Part shown: positions 13,598-26,000 of the stretch, one piece after another
Numbering within the stretch: position 1 is the stretch's first letter
Layout of the letters: each line of letters opens with the position of its first letter
Position numbers and translations under genes: made by a program
Assembly (NCBI RefSeq): GCF_009914755.1
Contig: NC_060930.1
Length of the DNA stretch: 64,000 nt
Origin: the human T2T-CHM13v2.0 reference genome, Homo sapiens
Strand: one strand, 5' to 3'
Notes under the pieces: generated by a model
Databases searched by the model: none
Seen by the model: only the letters and a program-made list of their open reading frames with translations
What the model was told of the DNA's origin: nothing

Positions 13598-15539
13598 TTT
13601 GGTGTTAGGTACTCCCATTGCTTAAAAATTGGGAAATAACAGACTAAAACATTTCAAGTATTCCAAAAACAAGCAGAATTTGAGAAGCGGAATACTAACA
13701 GCTAAGAATCCGAGATCAAAGCACTAAAAGTTCAAGCAGAATAAGCAAGGGAACACAAGCAGACATGAGGCCCAGGAGGGTCGCTGAAGTGAAAGGGGCT
13801 TGAGTCCCACTGAGGCCTGTGCTCTCAGAAGCTCTGAAGCGAAACAAGGGATTAAACTGCCCCAGGACAAAAGCGATTCATAAAAGTACACAACAGCCAC
13901 CACCAGGAACATAGAGGGGCTCTCATTAAACTGGGCTTAGATCAGTGAGAATGAATGAGAGGATCCCGCTCCCTAGCCATCCAGGGTGGAGACTGTTGTT
14001 TGGTATAGCTCGGGCACCTGGATTTGGAGGAAGGCCTGCCCATTATAGGACACAGAAAATAGCTCCAGTGAAGGCATGGCTGTAGGCTGAGAGTGAATCA
14101 AAACTTAACGGGTAGGAGAAGTGCGAGGACCCGCGTGCTTCCGCTCTTCAGTGACTCCAAAGAACGTGGTCCTATTAGTCCTCGGGTGTGAGTCTGTCTG
14201 TCCATGCATAAAAACCATTAACTGGCATCCATAATCCTCTCCAATCCCTATTCCGTGGTCAGTCCCCACCTCCGCAGATACTGCTGTGTGATGCTCACAC
14301 ACCCTGATGTGCTTACTTCTGATGATTTATTCTTAGAAATCTACAATAATATTTTCTTCCTTTCCCTGGTAAAAACTGTTTTATCTTAACTGAGCCTCCT
14401 CGGGAACAAGTCAGAAAGCAGAAAGATAGGAAGATGGGCAGCTCTTGGACCCTTCAAATCCCACCACAAAGCAGTGTCTGTTCACTTAATGCTGTGTTTT
14501 TGTTTCGTTTTTGTAAGATACTAGGTGCAAAAACAAATGTAAGACACTTGCATTTTCCTAATATCAATGTACTTTTATCCCAGTGTAATCATTTCAGTTA
14601 TTGAGTTCCATGAGGCCATTGCTTAGAAAAGCAACATTCCAAACAGACAATGCTGGGTGCACCTAAACCCAAATTTATAAAATGTACAAATCAACGAAGT
14701 GTTTAGAGCTCAAAAGTGTTGGATAAATGAATCAGTCTATGAACAAATGAATTAAGAGGGTGGTTATTCACTTTTCAAAAGGGTTATTTGGTTCTCTAAC
14801 AGATTTATTTCAAAATCCCTGTGGAAAACTCCAGATCCAACAGAAATTATTTATAACTGCCCTTCAAAGAAAAAAAACCTGGTGAAACAGTGTAGGTATA
14901 GTTTTTGCAGGAGCATACATATTACTAAAAGAAAGATTCACTTCTTCTAAGAAACCTTTAATATTAAAACGAGAGATTTTTCTTCTTTCCTGGTTATATG
15001 AATTACAGAAAGTAGAAATGGTCAACAAATTATTAAATTAAGCCTTTTCCTATAAATGACTAGGTACTATGTCAAGGTCATTTTTTAATTACAATCTTCT
15101 CTTTGCTCCAGTAAAATTTAATTATCCTAACTACAACCTTCAGAGTCTACTTTTGGTTGAAAATATTAAAAAATGAGTCAAGATTGCTTGTGAAAAATCT
15201 GACCCCTTGATGTCCCAGACATAGGCTATTCAGATACTCAAAACACTTGATACGGGCTGCAAGAGAAAGAGCGTCATGTTACCACCAACAAGCAGACAAG
15301 GCAAATGCCCACGATGCCAGGCCACTGGCTAAGGGGTGGAGGGAGCAGAGGCACTTCAGGGCATGCCTTCAAGACACTGGTTTCCTATGTGATGTCACTC
15401 GGGGGTGAGGCCGGCTTGCCACTTGCCCACCCTTTCCATAAAACTGCGATTGCCCCCAGAACATCCCCAGTGAGGAATCTTTTCTGGACCTTGGGCAAGA
15501 TATAAGTCATCCTTCCTGAAAATCAAGAAGAGCTGCTAA

Positions 15540-15730
15540 CATGCTGAAGTATTTACAAATGAAATGATTTGTAAAATGTGGAATTTACTTTAAAATAATC
15601 TGTGAGATGGGAGTGGTCGCCTTGATCATTGTTATTACTGGGTGATGGGTTCGTGAAGGTTGTTTATACTTGGTCTCCTTACTTTCTGTGTGTGTTTGAA
15701 ACTCTTCATAATAAAATGTTTTTTAAAAAA
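15540..15730 (+). mobile_element. Old L1 (L1MC/ME-like) 3' end
   Basis: ctgggtgatgggttcgtgaaggttgtttatact...tgtgtttgaaactcttcataataaaatg. Confidence 0.65.
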
Positions 15731-16662
15731 TCTGCTAACATAGTTGGGGCAAGAAGCCAGCGTAGCCACAGAGAGAGAACAAATAAAATGTCTATAGTCA
15801 CCTCATTTCTCAGGATGAAAAAAGCAAATCAGTACCTATTATTGAGTGAAACGTCCCACCATAGCACCACCCTATCTGATCAACACTGCCTCAAAGCCAT
15901 TAAGCCCAGCGCCAAGTCAGATAAAGCAGCTGCAAAAACAGAACCTGCCCCAAACTTGAAACCTAAGGAAAATAATAATTTAAAATTTAAAAAAAATCTG
16001 AAATGAATCCATTTCTCCCGCATTTACAACAACTTTTCTCTTAAATTAAGCATCACCATGACCATTTGAATTACAAATGTATAAATTATTCATTATTTGC
16101 AATGCGGCTAAGTGTTCTGGCCCCACGTGTTGAAAGCCAGTGCTAAGCTTGCCTGGAATCTGGCTGACAAGGTGAGGGTGGCATCTGGGGACTCTGGGGA
16201 GGCAGATTGCCCGTCAGAACCCTCGGCCACCAGGGTGTAAGAATGGAAGAGTGCATTATACTGTACGGAGCTCTCAACTCTGACTTCCTCACACTGTGAA
16301 CCGTCCCCACCATCTCCTGGCTCCCCAGCCTGTGACAGCTGCTACCCACTGGCACCACCTACATTTTAAACCAGCTGGAGACAGGGTTCTACGTGATAAG
16401 CCTGTTATATTTGCAGAATAAGCAGGAACACCTAATGGCTTAGCCCCCTAACGATTCAGGCACCAGCCTCTGACCGGCTACAGCAATGTGCGCTGGCAAA
16501 GCAGAGGAAAAATAATTAAAAGAGCCTTTGTCAAAGCTCTCTCTAAATCAACCCTTTAAATGTGTTCGGTTTAAGAGTCCCAATGTACCAATTCAATCAC
16601 ATGGGCCTGTAAGAACCACAGGAATGCCAGGATAGCCATGGCCAATTAGTCAAGCAAGATGG

Positions 16663-16728
16663 ATGTGTGTGCGTGCATGCATGTGTGTGTGTGAGTGCAT
16701 GCACGCATGTGCACACTCACATACATGC
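16663..16728. repeat. Mixed TG/CA alternating purine-pyrimidine tract
   Basis: atgtgtgtgcgtgcatgcatgtgtgtgtgtgagtgcatgcacgcatgtgcacactcacatacatgc. Confidence 0.8.
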
Positions 16729-17205
16729 TCAGAGAATCCACACAGATGCTGAAAGCATTCTCTGGAGAGAGGGCACAGTGACCCCTCAAACAACTCTTCT
16801 TGTTTGAGAAATGGAAAAAAGGGGGAAATAACCATTGGAAAGATGGCAGCAAAGAGTGACACTCACAATAAAATAGAAGGGAGAGCAAAGTTAGCACATA
16901 CAGATCCATTAGAAGAATAAAGCTCAAACAAGCATTTGTAATGTAATCCACGCAGAAACAAAGCAAGCCAGCCGTCTAAAACCTAAGGATAGGGCAGGGA
17001 GCAGGGAGAGACAGATAAAAAGAAGAAAACACCAGAGATGCCAAAACCAAGGGGGAAGAAAAAACATGCAGTGTCAGTAACTAAACACAAGAATAAGGCT
17101 GAAACTGTCAACAGTGCAACGTAAAACCCTGAACTGGCACCGTGCTTCTACTAACAAAGAAAACGTGTGCTCCATGCAGATGGCACCCAGCAAACCTTTA
17201 AAGAC

Positions 17206-17241
17206 GTGTGTGTGTGTGTGTGTGTGTGTTTGTGTGTGTGT
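17206..17241. repeat. (TG)n microsatellite, one interruption
   Basis: Direct reading of the sequence. Confidence 0.97.
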
Positions 17242-18039
17242 AATTTTTTTCTTTTATTTTAAGGGGTGAGGGGCTGCTGACAACAGTGGGGAGTCTGCAC
17301 AATTGATCATGGCAAAATGTTTTTCTCCTGATATCTGCAGACCTACACTGTGCAGAATGAGCAGGCCAGAAAGAAGCATGGCTTCTTTCCATGAGGGTCA
17401 CCGGATCCTGCACAGAGTCAGCAGGGCACGTAAAGGAGGCCTGGCAATAGGTGGTGATCCAGCAGGGCCGGGATCTGGGGACCTGGTGGGCACTGTGGAC
17501 ACTCAGACTCTCTCCTGTACTCTCTCTGGGTCAGTGAGACTGAACCCTTGCAAGTCCTCATCTTAAGTTTCTTATTTGCACCACAGGGGGCCTAAAATGT
17601 CATCCTTGACTCCAATGGTGCCCTTGTAGGTTAAGTTTGCAAGCCATTGAGCAGAGTGCTGTCGAGTTGGTTTATTTGTTCTTTGAATGGTCATGTTATT
17701 ATTTGGATCCAAGTTTTAAATTTCCCTAATTCTAATTGCAGTTTCTGAGGACCTTGGCTCATTTCAAAATCTGGAAATATATTTGAACACCTCTCCCAGA
17801 AGTGGGTAAGAAGTTAGAATAATGGAAAGGCTTGGCTCCAAGTTCAGTTGAATGTCAAAAAGCCCAAGTTTGGCTGAATGGACTTTGTGTCGTGAAATCT
17901 CAGCTCCCTCTCTCTTCTTCCAGGCCAAATACCTACTGGATGAAACTGATAAAATTAAACAAAGAGAGAGGCTTGTGGTCTGATGCATTTATTGCAATTA
18001 TGAGTACTTCTTCAGTTTCATCCTGCAATAATGTTTGCA

Positions 18040-18135
18040 ATCATTTATCAATTCATCTAATCACATATTCAACATGTTGAGCCCCATCTATATGCTAGTC
18101 AGGACACAGACAGTGATAGTCCCTTCATCAGAAGT
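18040..18135 (-). mobile_element. L2 3' tail fragment
   Basis: tcatttatcaattcatc...attcaacatgttgagccccatctatatgc. Confidence 0.45.
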
Positions 18136-19969
18136 GATGAACTTCCCTCTGCACTCATCTTAGAAGTATTGGCCTGTGGACACCCCTAAGCTCCACAAGT
18201 CTGAGAATCACAGCTTTTATGCCCAGTAAGTCCACGCTTGTTAGTTTTCTACTCCTGCATTCATCAGTGGGGCTTGAGTTCTTCAACCTTAAAAGGCCAA
18301 TAAACTGATTTGGTCCAACTTAGATCAATAATAGATATCTCCTAGGTCAAGTACATGAGGCAAGGAATATAGAGTGTAAAAATAAATGTATCAAGTTTTC
18401 TAGACAGCCACCAGAGCAAGCTCAGTGGTCCATGTGATGCTTGACTCCAGGTCCTTGATAATAAGCTCATTGACAGTTCTAGGCAGTCATAATCCACACA
18501 GGACAGGGAAATCTGTAAATTGGATGGCTTCAGTGGAAGCCTCCTTGCCCTACAAGGCCGTAAGGATGAGCTGTCATGAACTAGAAGGTCTATTTTCATT
18601 CTAGCTATTGGACCCCGCTTTTGACACACTGACATTCACAGCAAAGGTTAGGAAATTACAGTAAGTATTTTTCTATGGTCAGGCTGCTATTCTGGCATTT
18701 TAGGGGAACTGAAAACAGGCCCCTTGGCTTCCTGCATGTTTTGTGCATTCACAGTCCTGGGTTTTGCTGCATGAGAGAGATGTGCTATGGGGTAGGAATT
18801 GGACAAGCTCACTTACTGAGCTGGTCAGCCCACTTCCCAATGGGCGCTCTCAGAAGGAACCCTGTGAGATAGAAAGCAGGTCTCTCTGCCTTCAGGATAC
18901 CTACATTCTAATCAGAGGCTGCCACACTAAACTTGCAGCCTCACCTCATTACAATTCAGTTCTTGTGCTTCTGAACTTTTACACCAGTATTTGGGGAACA
19001 TTAGGAAGGGGAGACGAAATGTGGACAATGATTCCATTTTATTACATATGAAAAGGGCAGTGGAGCTGATGATTAATAACTACCGCATGCCTTGTGAGCT
19101 TGAACAGTCACCACTTTAATGTCAGAGACTTTATTTTCTGTTCCATAGAAAATGGTGGAAAAAGTAGCAAGAAAACAGCATGCATCTGTGGTTATATACT
19201 TATGCAATCAGATACTTAATTGCATTCTGTAAATTGCATGTATGTATGTAGGAAGCAATCATTTGTTTAACAACTCTTTGTGGTGTTTTCTTCTAATTTT
19301 CCTACAAATTAAATTTTAAACTTGATTTGGGGGTGATACCTAAAGTAAGTTGAACACGCTTTAAATGTCTTTTCTATATAATATTGACTGTCTTGGGAAA
19401 AGCACTTAATCACTGCATATGTACATATGTAGATGAGTCTAATTTCTCTTGAAAGAAGAAATTTAAATAAGCTAAGCTAGAGCTCCTATATTAAAACACC
19501 TAAAATTAAGCAAAGTATTTTCGAAATGAGTGTGAAAATCTCCTTTGGAAAGTTGACAGTGGGGAAGACATTTAGACCGTATCTCTGGTCCTCAAGTAAG
19601 AGGAAGCTCAAACATCAGGGGAGCAGAGGAGGTGTTTACATTTCTTCTTCCAGTTGAAGTTTCACAACTTTGGAAGCAAAAAAGAGAGGAGTGAACAGCT
19701 GGCTTTTACAGAGTATCGGAGAGCAGGGTTTCTGGACCAGGGCTCCCTACCCAGAGCAACGGGTTACTGGCAAAGGACAGCGAGAGGATCTACAAACGCT
19801 TGGGAAAACATGCTTAACAGGAAGCTCACTGACCTGATTGTGAGGATCAGAAACAGAAATTTGAGGGTGGAGGGGGAAAACTCTGTGAACTTACAGGACA
19901 GGGAACAAGACGTGCGCTAGAAAGAGAAGAATGATTGGGGAGGTGTTCCTTAGTGTTCAGCAGAAATAA

Positions 19970-20336
<367 letters not shown>

Positions 20337-20481
20337 CAGGAGCTTGATATATTAACACAAGACAGAACTATGATCTCACAGTGTCACTGAGGCAGGAACA
20401 AGGCCGATGACAGGAATACCACTAAGGGAGGCTATGCCTTGTTCAAACCATAGAAGTGGGGGGAGGGTATCACTGAACTGG

Positions 20482-20620
20482 ATAATAACACTAGGTGTAG
20501 TTAGCTGTCCCTATATAGCAAGCATTGTGTTTATTGCCTTCTATTAGTTATTTCCTTTAATCCAACAAAGTAGAGTTCCATTTTTCAGATGAGGAAACTG
20601 AGGCTTGGAGAAGTAGGCTC
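20482..20620 (-). mobile_element. MIR SINE
   Basis: ccatttttcagatgaggaaactgaggcttggagaagt. Confidence 0.7.
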
Positions 20621-21289
20621 CAAGCAGGCTTTCATCCTCTACACTAAACTGCCTCCAGAGAAAGTGCCCCAGAGCAGAACAAGCCTTGGAATGCTGTCGT
20701 ACCCCTGGCCCATCCTGAGGGATGCTGCTGTACTTCCCTCACAGCGACCTGTGTGGAAGTCGAAGCCCAAAAGGCAGGCACAGCTGACATCCTGGCCGGG
20801 AGTACCCACTCCCATGCCAGGGCATAGTACATAATAGCCCTGTTTCACCTGCCTAGTGTCCACCCCTCACACCAGGAGTGATATATCCTGCATGCAGACC
20901 CACCAGCCGGAAGATGGAGGTAGCCAGGCACTCATGGGTGGGGACAAATGATGACAGGAAATAACCAAGGAAGTCATGAATGCCATGGTAACTACCTGGC
21001 GGGGGGTGAGAAACAAGGGCTTTCCAGCACAAGTCACAACTTGGGCACTTAGCACAGTGACCAAGAATCTGTCATCCAGGGTCCGAGACAAACCTCCCTC
21101 CGCTCAGTGTGCCTCCTTGGCTTCTCCACTGAGACGCCTCTACTGTAGGCCAAGAAAGTTGATCCTGAAAGCTCACCGCAGAAAGCAGCAAACTAAACCT
21201 CCTTCCTGCCTGGGCCCAGAGCCACCCAGGGCCCAGCAACCAGTTCTTATCTCTTCATCTGATTTGTCACACGTAAGTGTCATGGTTGA

Positions 21290-21680
21290 GCCATTGGTTT
21301 GTCTCCTCCATTATATTATGAGCCTCTTAAAGGCCAGAAGTGGTTTTTTATCCCTGAATCACCAACATGTAACTGCCCCCTAACAAAGCACTAAGTAATT
21401 GTTTACCAAATGACTCATGGATCTGACATTCTTCAAATGAAAACCCCCTAGGAAGGTTTTCTCCAATAGATTAGTCCTGCTTTCCTTTACACTTCACAAT
21501 ATACTTGTTTATTAGATTGTAAATTTCTCAAGGCCAGAAACTCACCTTAATCTATTCAATTGGTGCAAAAGTGATTGTTGTTTTTGCAACTACTTTTAAT
21601 GGCAAGAACTGCAATTACTTCTGCACCAACCTAATATATCCAATGCTTGATCCATAACGGGCTCTCCATAAACAATAATA
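21290..21680 (+). mobile_element. L2 3' fragments (two tails; the second hosts MADE1)
   Basis: gtttgtctcctccattatattatgagcctcttaaaggccag; ttagattgtaaatttctcaaggccagaaac. Confidence 0.5.
21555..21634. mobile_element. MADE1 (Hsmar1-derived 80-bp MITE)
   Basis: ta|ttcaattggtgcaaaagtgattgttgtttttgc...gcaagaactgcaattacttctgcaccaacctaa|ta; 37-bp inverted arms, TA TSD, exactly 80 bp. Confidence 0.92.
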
Positions 21681-21729
21681 TAATTTTTTTACCACCATGA
21701 AGCCCTCCAACCCTCCCCAAATGCTGTTA

Positions 21730-21930
21730 GGTTGGACCTCTCAATCCTATCCTTGTGTAATTCGCTTATGAAATGTAAATGTGGCATTTTTACATTTATT
21801 CCTATGAAGTTCCAACAGTCCTTCACTTCAGTTTATGATTTTTTTAACCTTTTAATAATAATAATCAGTCACATTTTTGTCATTTGTATTTTCAACCAAG
21901 TCTTTAAGAACTATATTGAACAAGACACCT
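21730..21930 (-). mobile_element. L3/CR1 LINE fragment
   Basis: atcctatccttgtgtaattc...aaatgtggcatttttacatttattcctatgaagttc resembles antisense CR1. Confidence 0.4.
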
Positions 21931-22099
21931 ATGACTCACAAACCGCTCCTAGTATGAAGTTTTCACATGGGAGGTTTTCAATAACATTTTTAAGATAAAA
22001 GAGAAACCTACTAAAAGCAGACTATCTGATAAAATCTTGGCTTCCCCTGCTGACATGTGCAGACTTGAAGACAGAAGAAGTAATAAAGGGAACTCTTGC

Positions 22100-22360
22100 T
22101 ACTCGGATGTTTTAAATCAGAATGTTGAAACCATAACCCCCTAGAGGTCACCCCTTTCTTGAGAGGTGCCAGGAGGAAAGTAAGAGGCTGAAGAGGGGTT
22201 GGCTGAAGGGCACTGGGGCCAGCAGGAAGTCAACCACTGCCCACCCACACCCCAGCTTCACCCCGAGCTACTCACTGCCATCTTGTATGTATTAGGGTTT
22301 TGCGTAAGGTTTTGTTTGGGAGAAACTGGTGCCCACAAAAAAGAAAATGGAAAATCAACC
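22100..22360. mobile_element. MER102-like hAT-Charlie element
   Basis: atcttgtatgtattagggttttgcgtaaggttttgtttgggagaaactgg...aaaatggaaaatca. Confidence 0.45.
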
Positions 22361-23314
22361 TCCCCATTTCACAGTTGCCCACCTCCTGCCGCATGTACCT
22401 TGCAAATGACGCTGTCAGCCAGACATCCCAGGGAGCTGCTTATTCATTTTCTTGTGGACAAGATGGGAAAATAGAGTGCAGTTAGGTTGGGTTCTTAGCA
22501 GACAATACACTGTGCTGAGATGATTAATGAATTGATTTCAACCTGGAGGGAGTTCCCTGGGTTGTGTCATAGAACTGTGTGAGATTTTTTCAGTGATTTG
22601 AAGGAAACATCAAAGGCATGTGTGCCAGATAAGTAGAAGATAAAAAGATGAGACGACTAAGATTAGAGAGTGTGAAAAAAAAAAAAAAAAACCACACTCT
22701 TTTTAAAAAATGGCATTGGCCTAAGAATAGACCAAAAACAAAGGCATACCATGTAACAAGAATAAACACTAAGTGCCACTTTTAGATTTTCAAAATCAAT
22801 TGCAAAAATACAAGATGAGGACATCTGACTTCAGCACTTTTTATTAGAAAGCCAGGAGGTTTATAATTAATAATAACTCCAGCTTTTTAAGTGTGCGCTC
22901 TGTGCCACTCAATCTGAGTTCAGAGTGGAGCATAAAAATAAAAGCTAAGGCAAGTTCTGTTTGCATTCATATAAATACAACATTCAAGGCAAGGAAACAT
23001 CTGACCATAATCTGAACTGGCTGAAACACCAAGTGGGTTTACGGTTTCAATCCCGGATGACACACTGTAAGAGGGACCTTGAGAAACTGGGCCCTGTGCC
23101 AAGGAAAACAGAATTTTGAAGGCTCCATAAGCCACAATAGTGAAGAAGTGTTAAAGGAAATGGGGATATTCTGTTGAGGAAGAGCAATCTTGGGAGGAAC
23201 GTGATAGATGTCTTTAAAAATTTGAAACATCCTATTAAAAGGGGATCCTATGTGTTTGGTGTAACAGCAGAAAGAGGAACTAGGATCAGGAGGGTGAAGT
23301 TTGAGGTAGCAGCC

Positions 23315-23828
23315 TTGTTTGGTCTTGAGCACCAAAAAATCATCTGACTAGCTTGAGCAAAAAGATACATTGGTTGGAAGAACATGAAGGAGTTCACCAT
23401 TTCCTAGCTAGGCCGAGGAACCAGACTGGGGGTCCACAAGAAACAGAGGGCTCCAGAAAGCCTTGATATCAGGAACTTCTTGACCATCTTGCTTAGCACT
23501 GCCTCTACAATTAAAAGAATTCCAGCCATTGCCTTGGTGCTTGTGTCACCCTGCTCAAGATTCATGTCCTAGGAGCGTGAATTTCATTAGACATGCATAG
23601 GTCACACATCAGTCCCTTGACTGTCCCAGGGAAATGAGAAGAAGAGTCTGGCAGAAGGACCTTCAAGAGGTCCCTTTGACTTCCACAGGGGGAGGACACC
23701 TAGATTTATTTGTCAAACCCAGGCTGGCTCTAGTGGAAAGCAGTTTATTCCCCAAAAGAAAACTATGGTCCTCTTGGGAAGGGAGAATGGATTTAAGGCA
23801 CCCAAAAAGTGAAAAATGACCATGACAC
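23315..23828 (-). mobile_element. Old MaLR LTR (MLT1K/L-like)
   Basis: ctgactagcttgagcaaaaag...gcataggtcacacatcagtcccttg...gggaagggagaatggatttaaggca. Confidence 0.5.
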
Positions 23829-23876
23829 AGAGCTCAAAATGCAGAAATACTTTCTAAAGATTAAAGTGGTCCAGGA

Positions 23877-24053
23877 CATTGGAGACTACAAAGGGTGGGA
23901 GGGTGAGAGGGAGGTGAGGGTTGAAAAATTACCTATTGGGGACAGTGCTCACTATTTGGGAGATGGGCGCACTAAAATACCAGGCTTCACCACTACACAA
24001 TATACGCATGCAAGAAATCTGCACTTGTGCCCCCTAAATATATAAAAATAAAA
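23877..24053 (+). mobile_element. 5'-truncated L1 (L1PB/L1MA-like) 3' end
   Basis: gagggttgaaaaattacctattggg...tgcacttgtgccccctaaatatataaaaataaaa; TSD taaagtggtccagga / taaaatggtccagga. Confidence 0.9.
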
Positions 24054-25349
24054 TAAAATGGTCCAGGAATATAATGACCAATGAGGTCACCCTCATTTGA
24101 GGTATTCAAGCGTAAGTCACAGGATCAAACAATAGGAGGTATTGTTGGCTGAAGCTTCTATATCTCTAAATAAGTAGTTTTCAACTTGGGAACATGTCAG
24201 AATCATGGGAGGAGCTTTTTCAAATTATTTCTGCCTCGATTTCTTTCCTGTTCACAAAGATTCTAATGCCCTTTTACCATTCCTTATTCCCCATTGCCAA
24301 ATGAGAACCCAATACAACACCACATCTGAGGTTTCTACTCACTCAGTGCTTTCTGTTGGTGAAATGGCCCAGAAAAAGAGATAGGAGGCTAATCAAGTGG
24401 GGAAGTTCTTTTTTATATAAAAATTTTTTGAGTAATAGGAATGTCTACCTTGTAGAGTTAGGCAGCATAAGACATATCTGTTAAAAAATGGAAAGGAACT
24501 TGGCTGAAGAAAATTAATAGTTGGAGTTATCTGGCAATGCTGCATATGTTGGCTTCCCTAGGCTACTGTTATTTTGTTTGGAAGGGGTCCAATTTTCCCC
24601 TTGCATAAAAGGAGACAAGAGCTGTTTGAAGCCATTAACAGCATCAATAGGAGGGACATTTGAATTAATAACCAGGAGACCAGTCAGCCAGAAGCAATTT
24701 TCAGCATAATCTTTTCCTTTGACTTTTGTTGTAAGACTGATATTTTGCTGCATTATATTTGGTCCAACATGCCACAGCAGAGCCAAATCATTTATCTTCC
24801 CAACTCTCTTTATTTTTTAAATTGGCCTAAGTAAAATTGTTTAATTTATTTGCATGGCGATCCCCTCCGTGGATCGTGTTAGGCACTGTGAAGTGTTATA
24901 TCTGAGCATAAAGAATTCCTTGGAATTTGGCAAGAAATAATATGTATAAGGGTGTACAAAGGTGCTCTTGAAATAATGCTAAGTGAGCAGAATGAGACAA
25001 AAACCATGGATAATACATGAGCTTCCTTTTGTTTCTTTGAAACTAAATCTATACAGAAGTTCATTTTTTTCTTCCTCTATTTTACTCATCCCTACTTGCT
25101 AATGTACAATCCCACCTCTTGCAAAGTCTTCTTGCATTGTGTTTCTGGAGGCTCCTGAAGGACTTTCACATCTGTTAAGGAGCAAGTCCCTGAAGATGCA
25201 ATGTGGTCCCTGATGCTGGTTTCCTCTTCTCCAGCTCTGGCCTCCTCACCCTGAGAGGCATTGCACACAGGTGCACCATCTACTATGCACCCCCATGACG
25301 ATACAATGGAGCTACCAAGGTGCCAAATCCAGGCCTCTTTCCATGCGTA

Positions 25350-26000
25350 AGTGGAGAGGCAGTCAGTCCTGCCTTTCTCCTGTTTATAAAACCTTCAATG
25401 GCTTCCTAAGACCCATGCTTTAACAACAAACCCCTCATCCGTCCTCTAGGCGGCCTCACCTCAGTGGCTGGCAGCTACTACTTCCTAGAACTCACCTCTC
25501 CTGGAACACCCCAGGGTGCCCCACACCTAACGGCATCACTTTTGACAGCCAGTCCCCTCCCACTGTGGGTGCTGGCCATCTGCCGAGCATAGTGGGCTCA
25601 GGGATGAGCAATGATGCCTGTTCCCAGCAGGCTTCTGCTGGTCCTTCTGCCCCAAGCACCACGCCACCCCACTCCAAATCAATTTGTTTGAAAAACATCC
25701 ACTTTTTCTTCAAAACTTGGCTCTAAGATTTGTTTCTCCGTGAAGCTTTCTACCTGCTCCCCAGCCCCACAGTGTGTGCACCCCACACTCAGCGTTCCCA
25801 TAGCACTTTGTTCCTTTTTCCTCTTCCTCTCCGTGGTATTTAGCCTACCTTCTACTAGCACCTACTTATGTTTGCCTGGCTCCCACCTTCACTAATTCGT
25901 GAGCTTTTCCTGGGGAGAGATCTTTTCACCATGGGTAGGGACCTGTCTCCCATCACTTTGGAGTTCCCAACACCCAGCACGGTGCCTGGCCCAGTCTGCG
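25350..26000 (+). mobile_element. L2 3' portion (diverged)
   Basis: ctcctgtttataaaaccttcaatggcttcc; tgtttctccgtgaagctttct; gggtagggacctgtctc...acccagcacggtgcctggc. Confidence 0.6.

Larger units (their letters stand above)
22445..24170 (+). mobile_element. L3/CR1 LINE 3' region, interrupted by an LTR and an L1
   Basis: cttgtggacaagatggg; tcaacctggagggagtt; caaaaatacaagatgagg; taagagggaccttgagaaactgg; gatgtctttaaaaatttgaaa; resumes near 24069 with cacctcatttgaggtattcaagc-type sequence. Confidence 0.65.
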
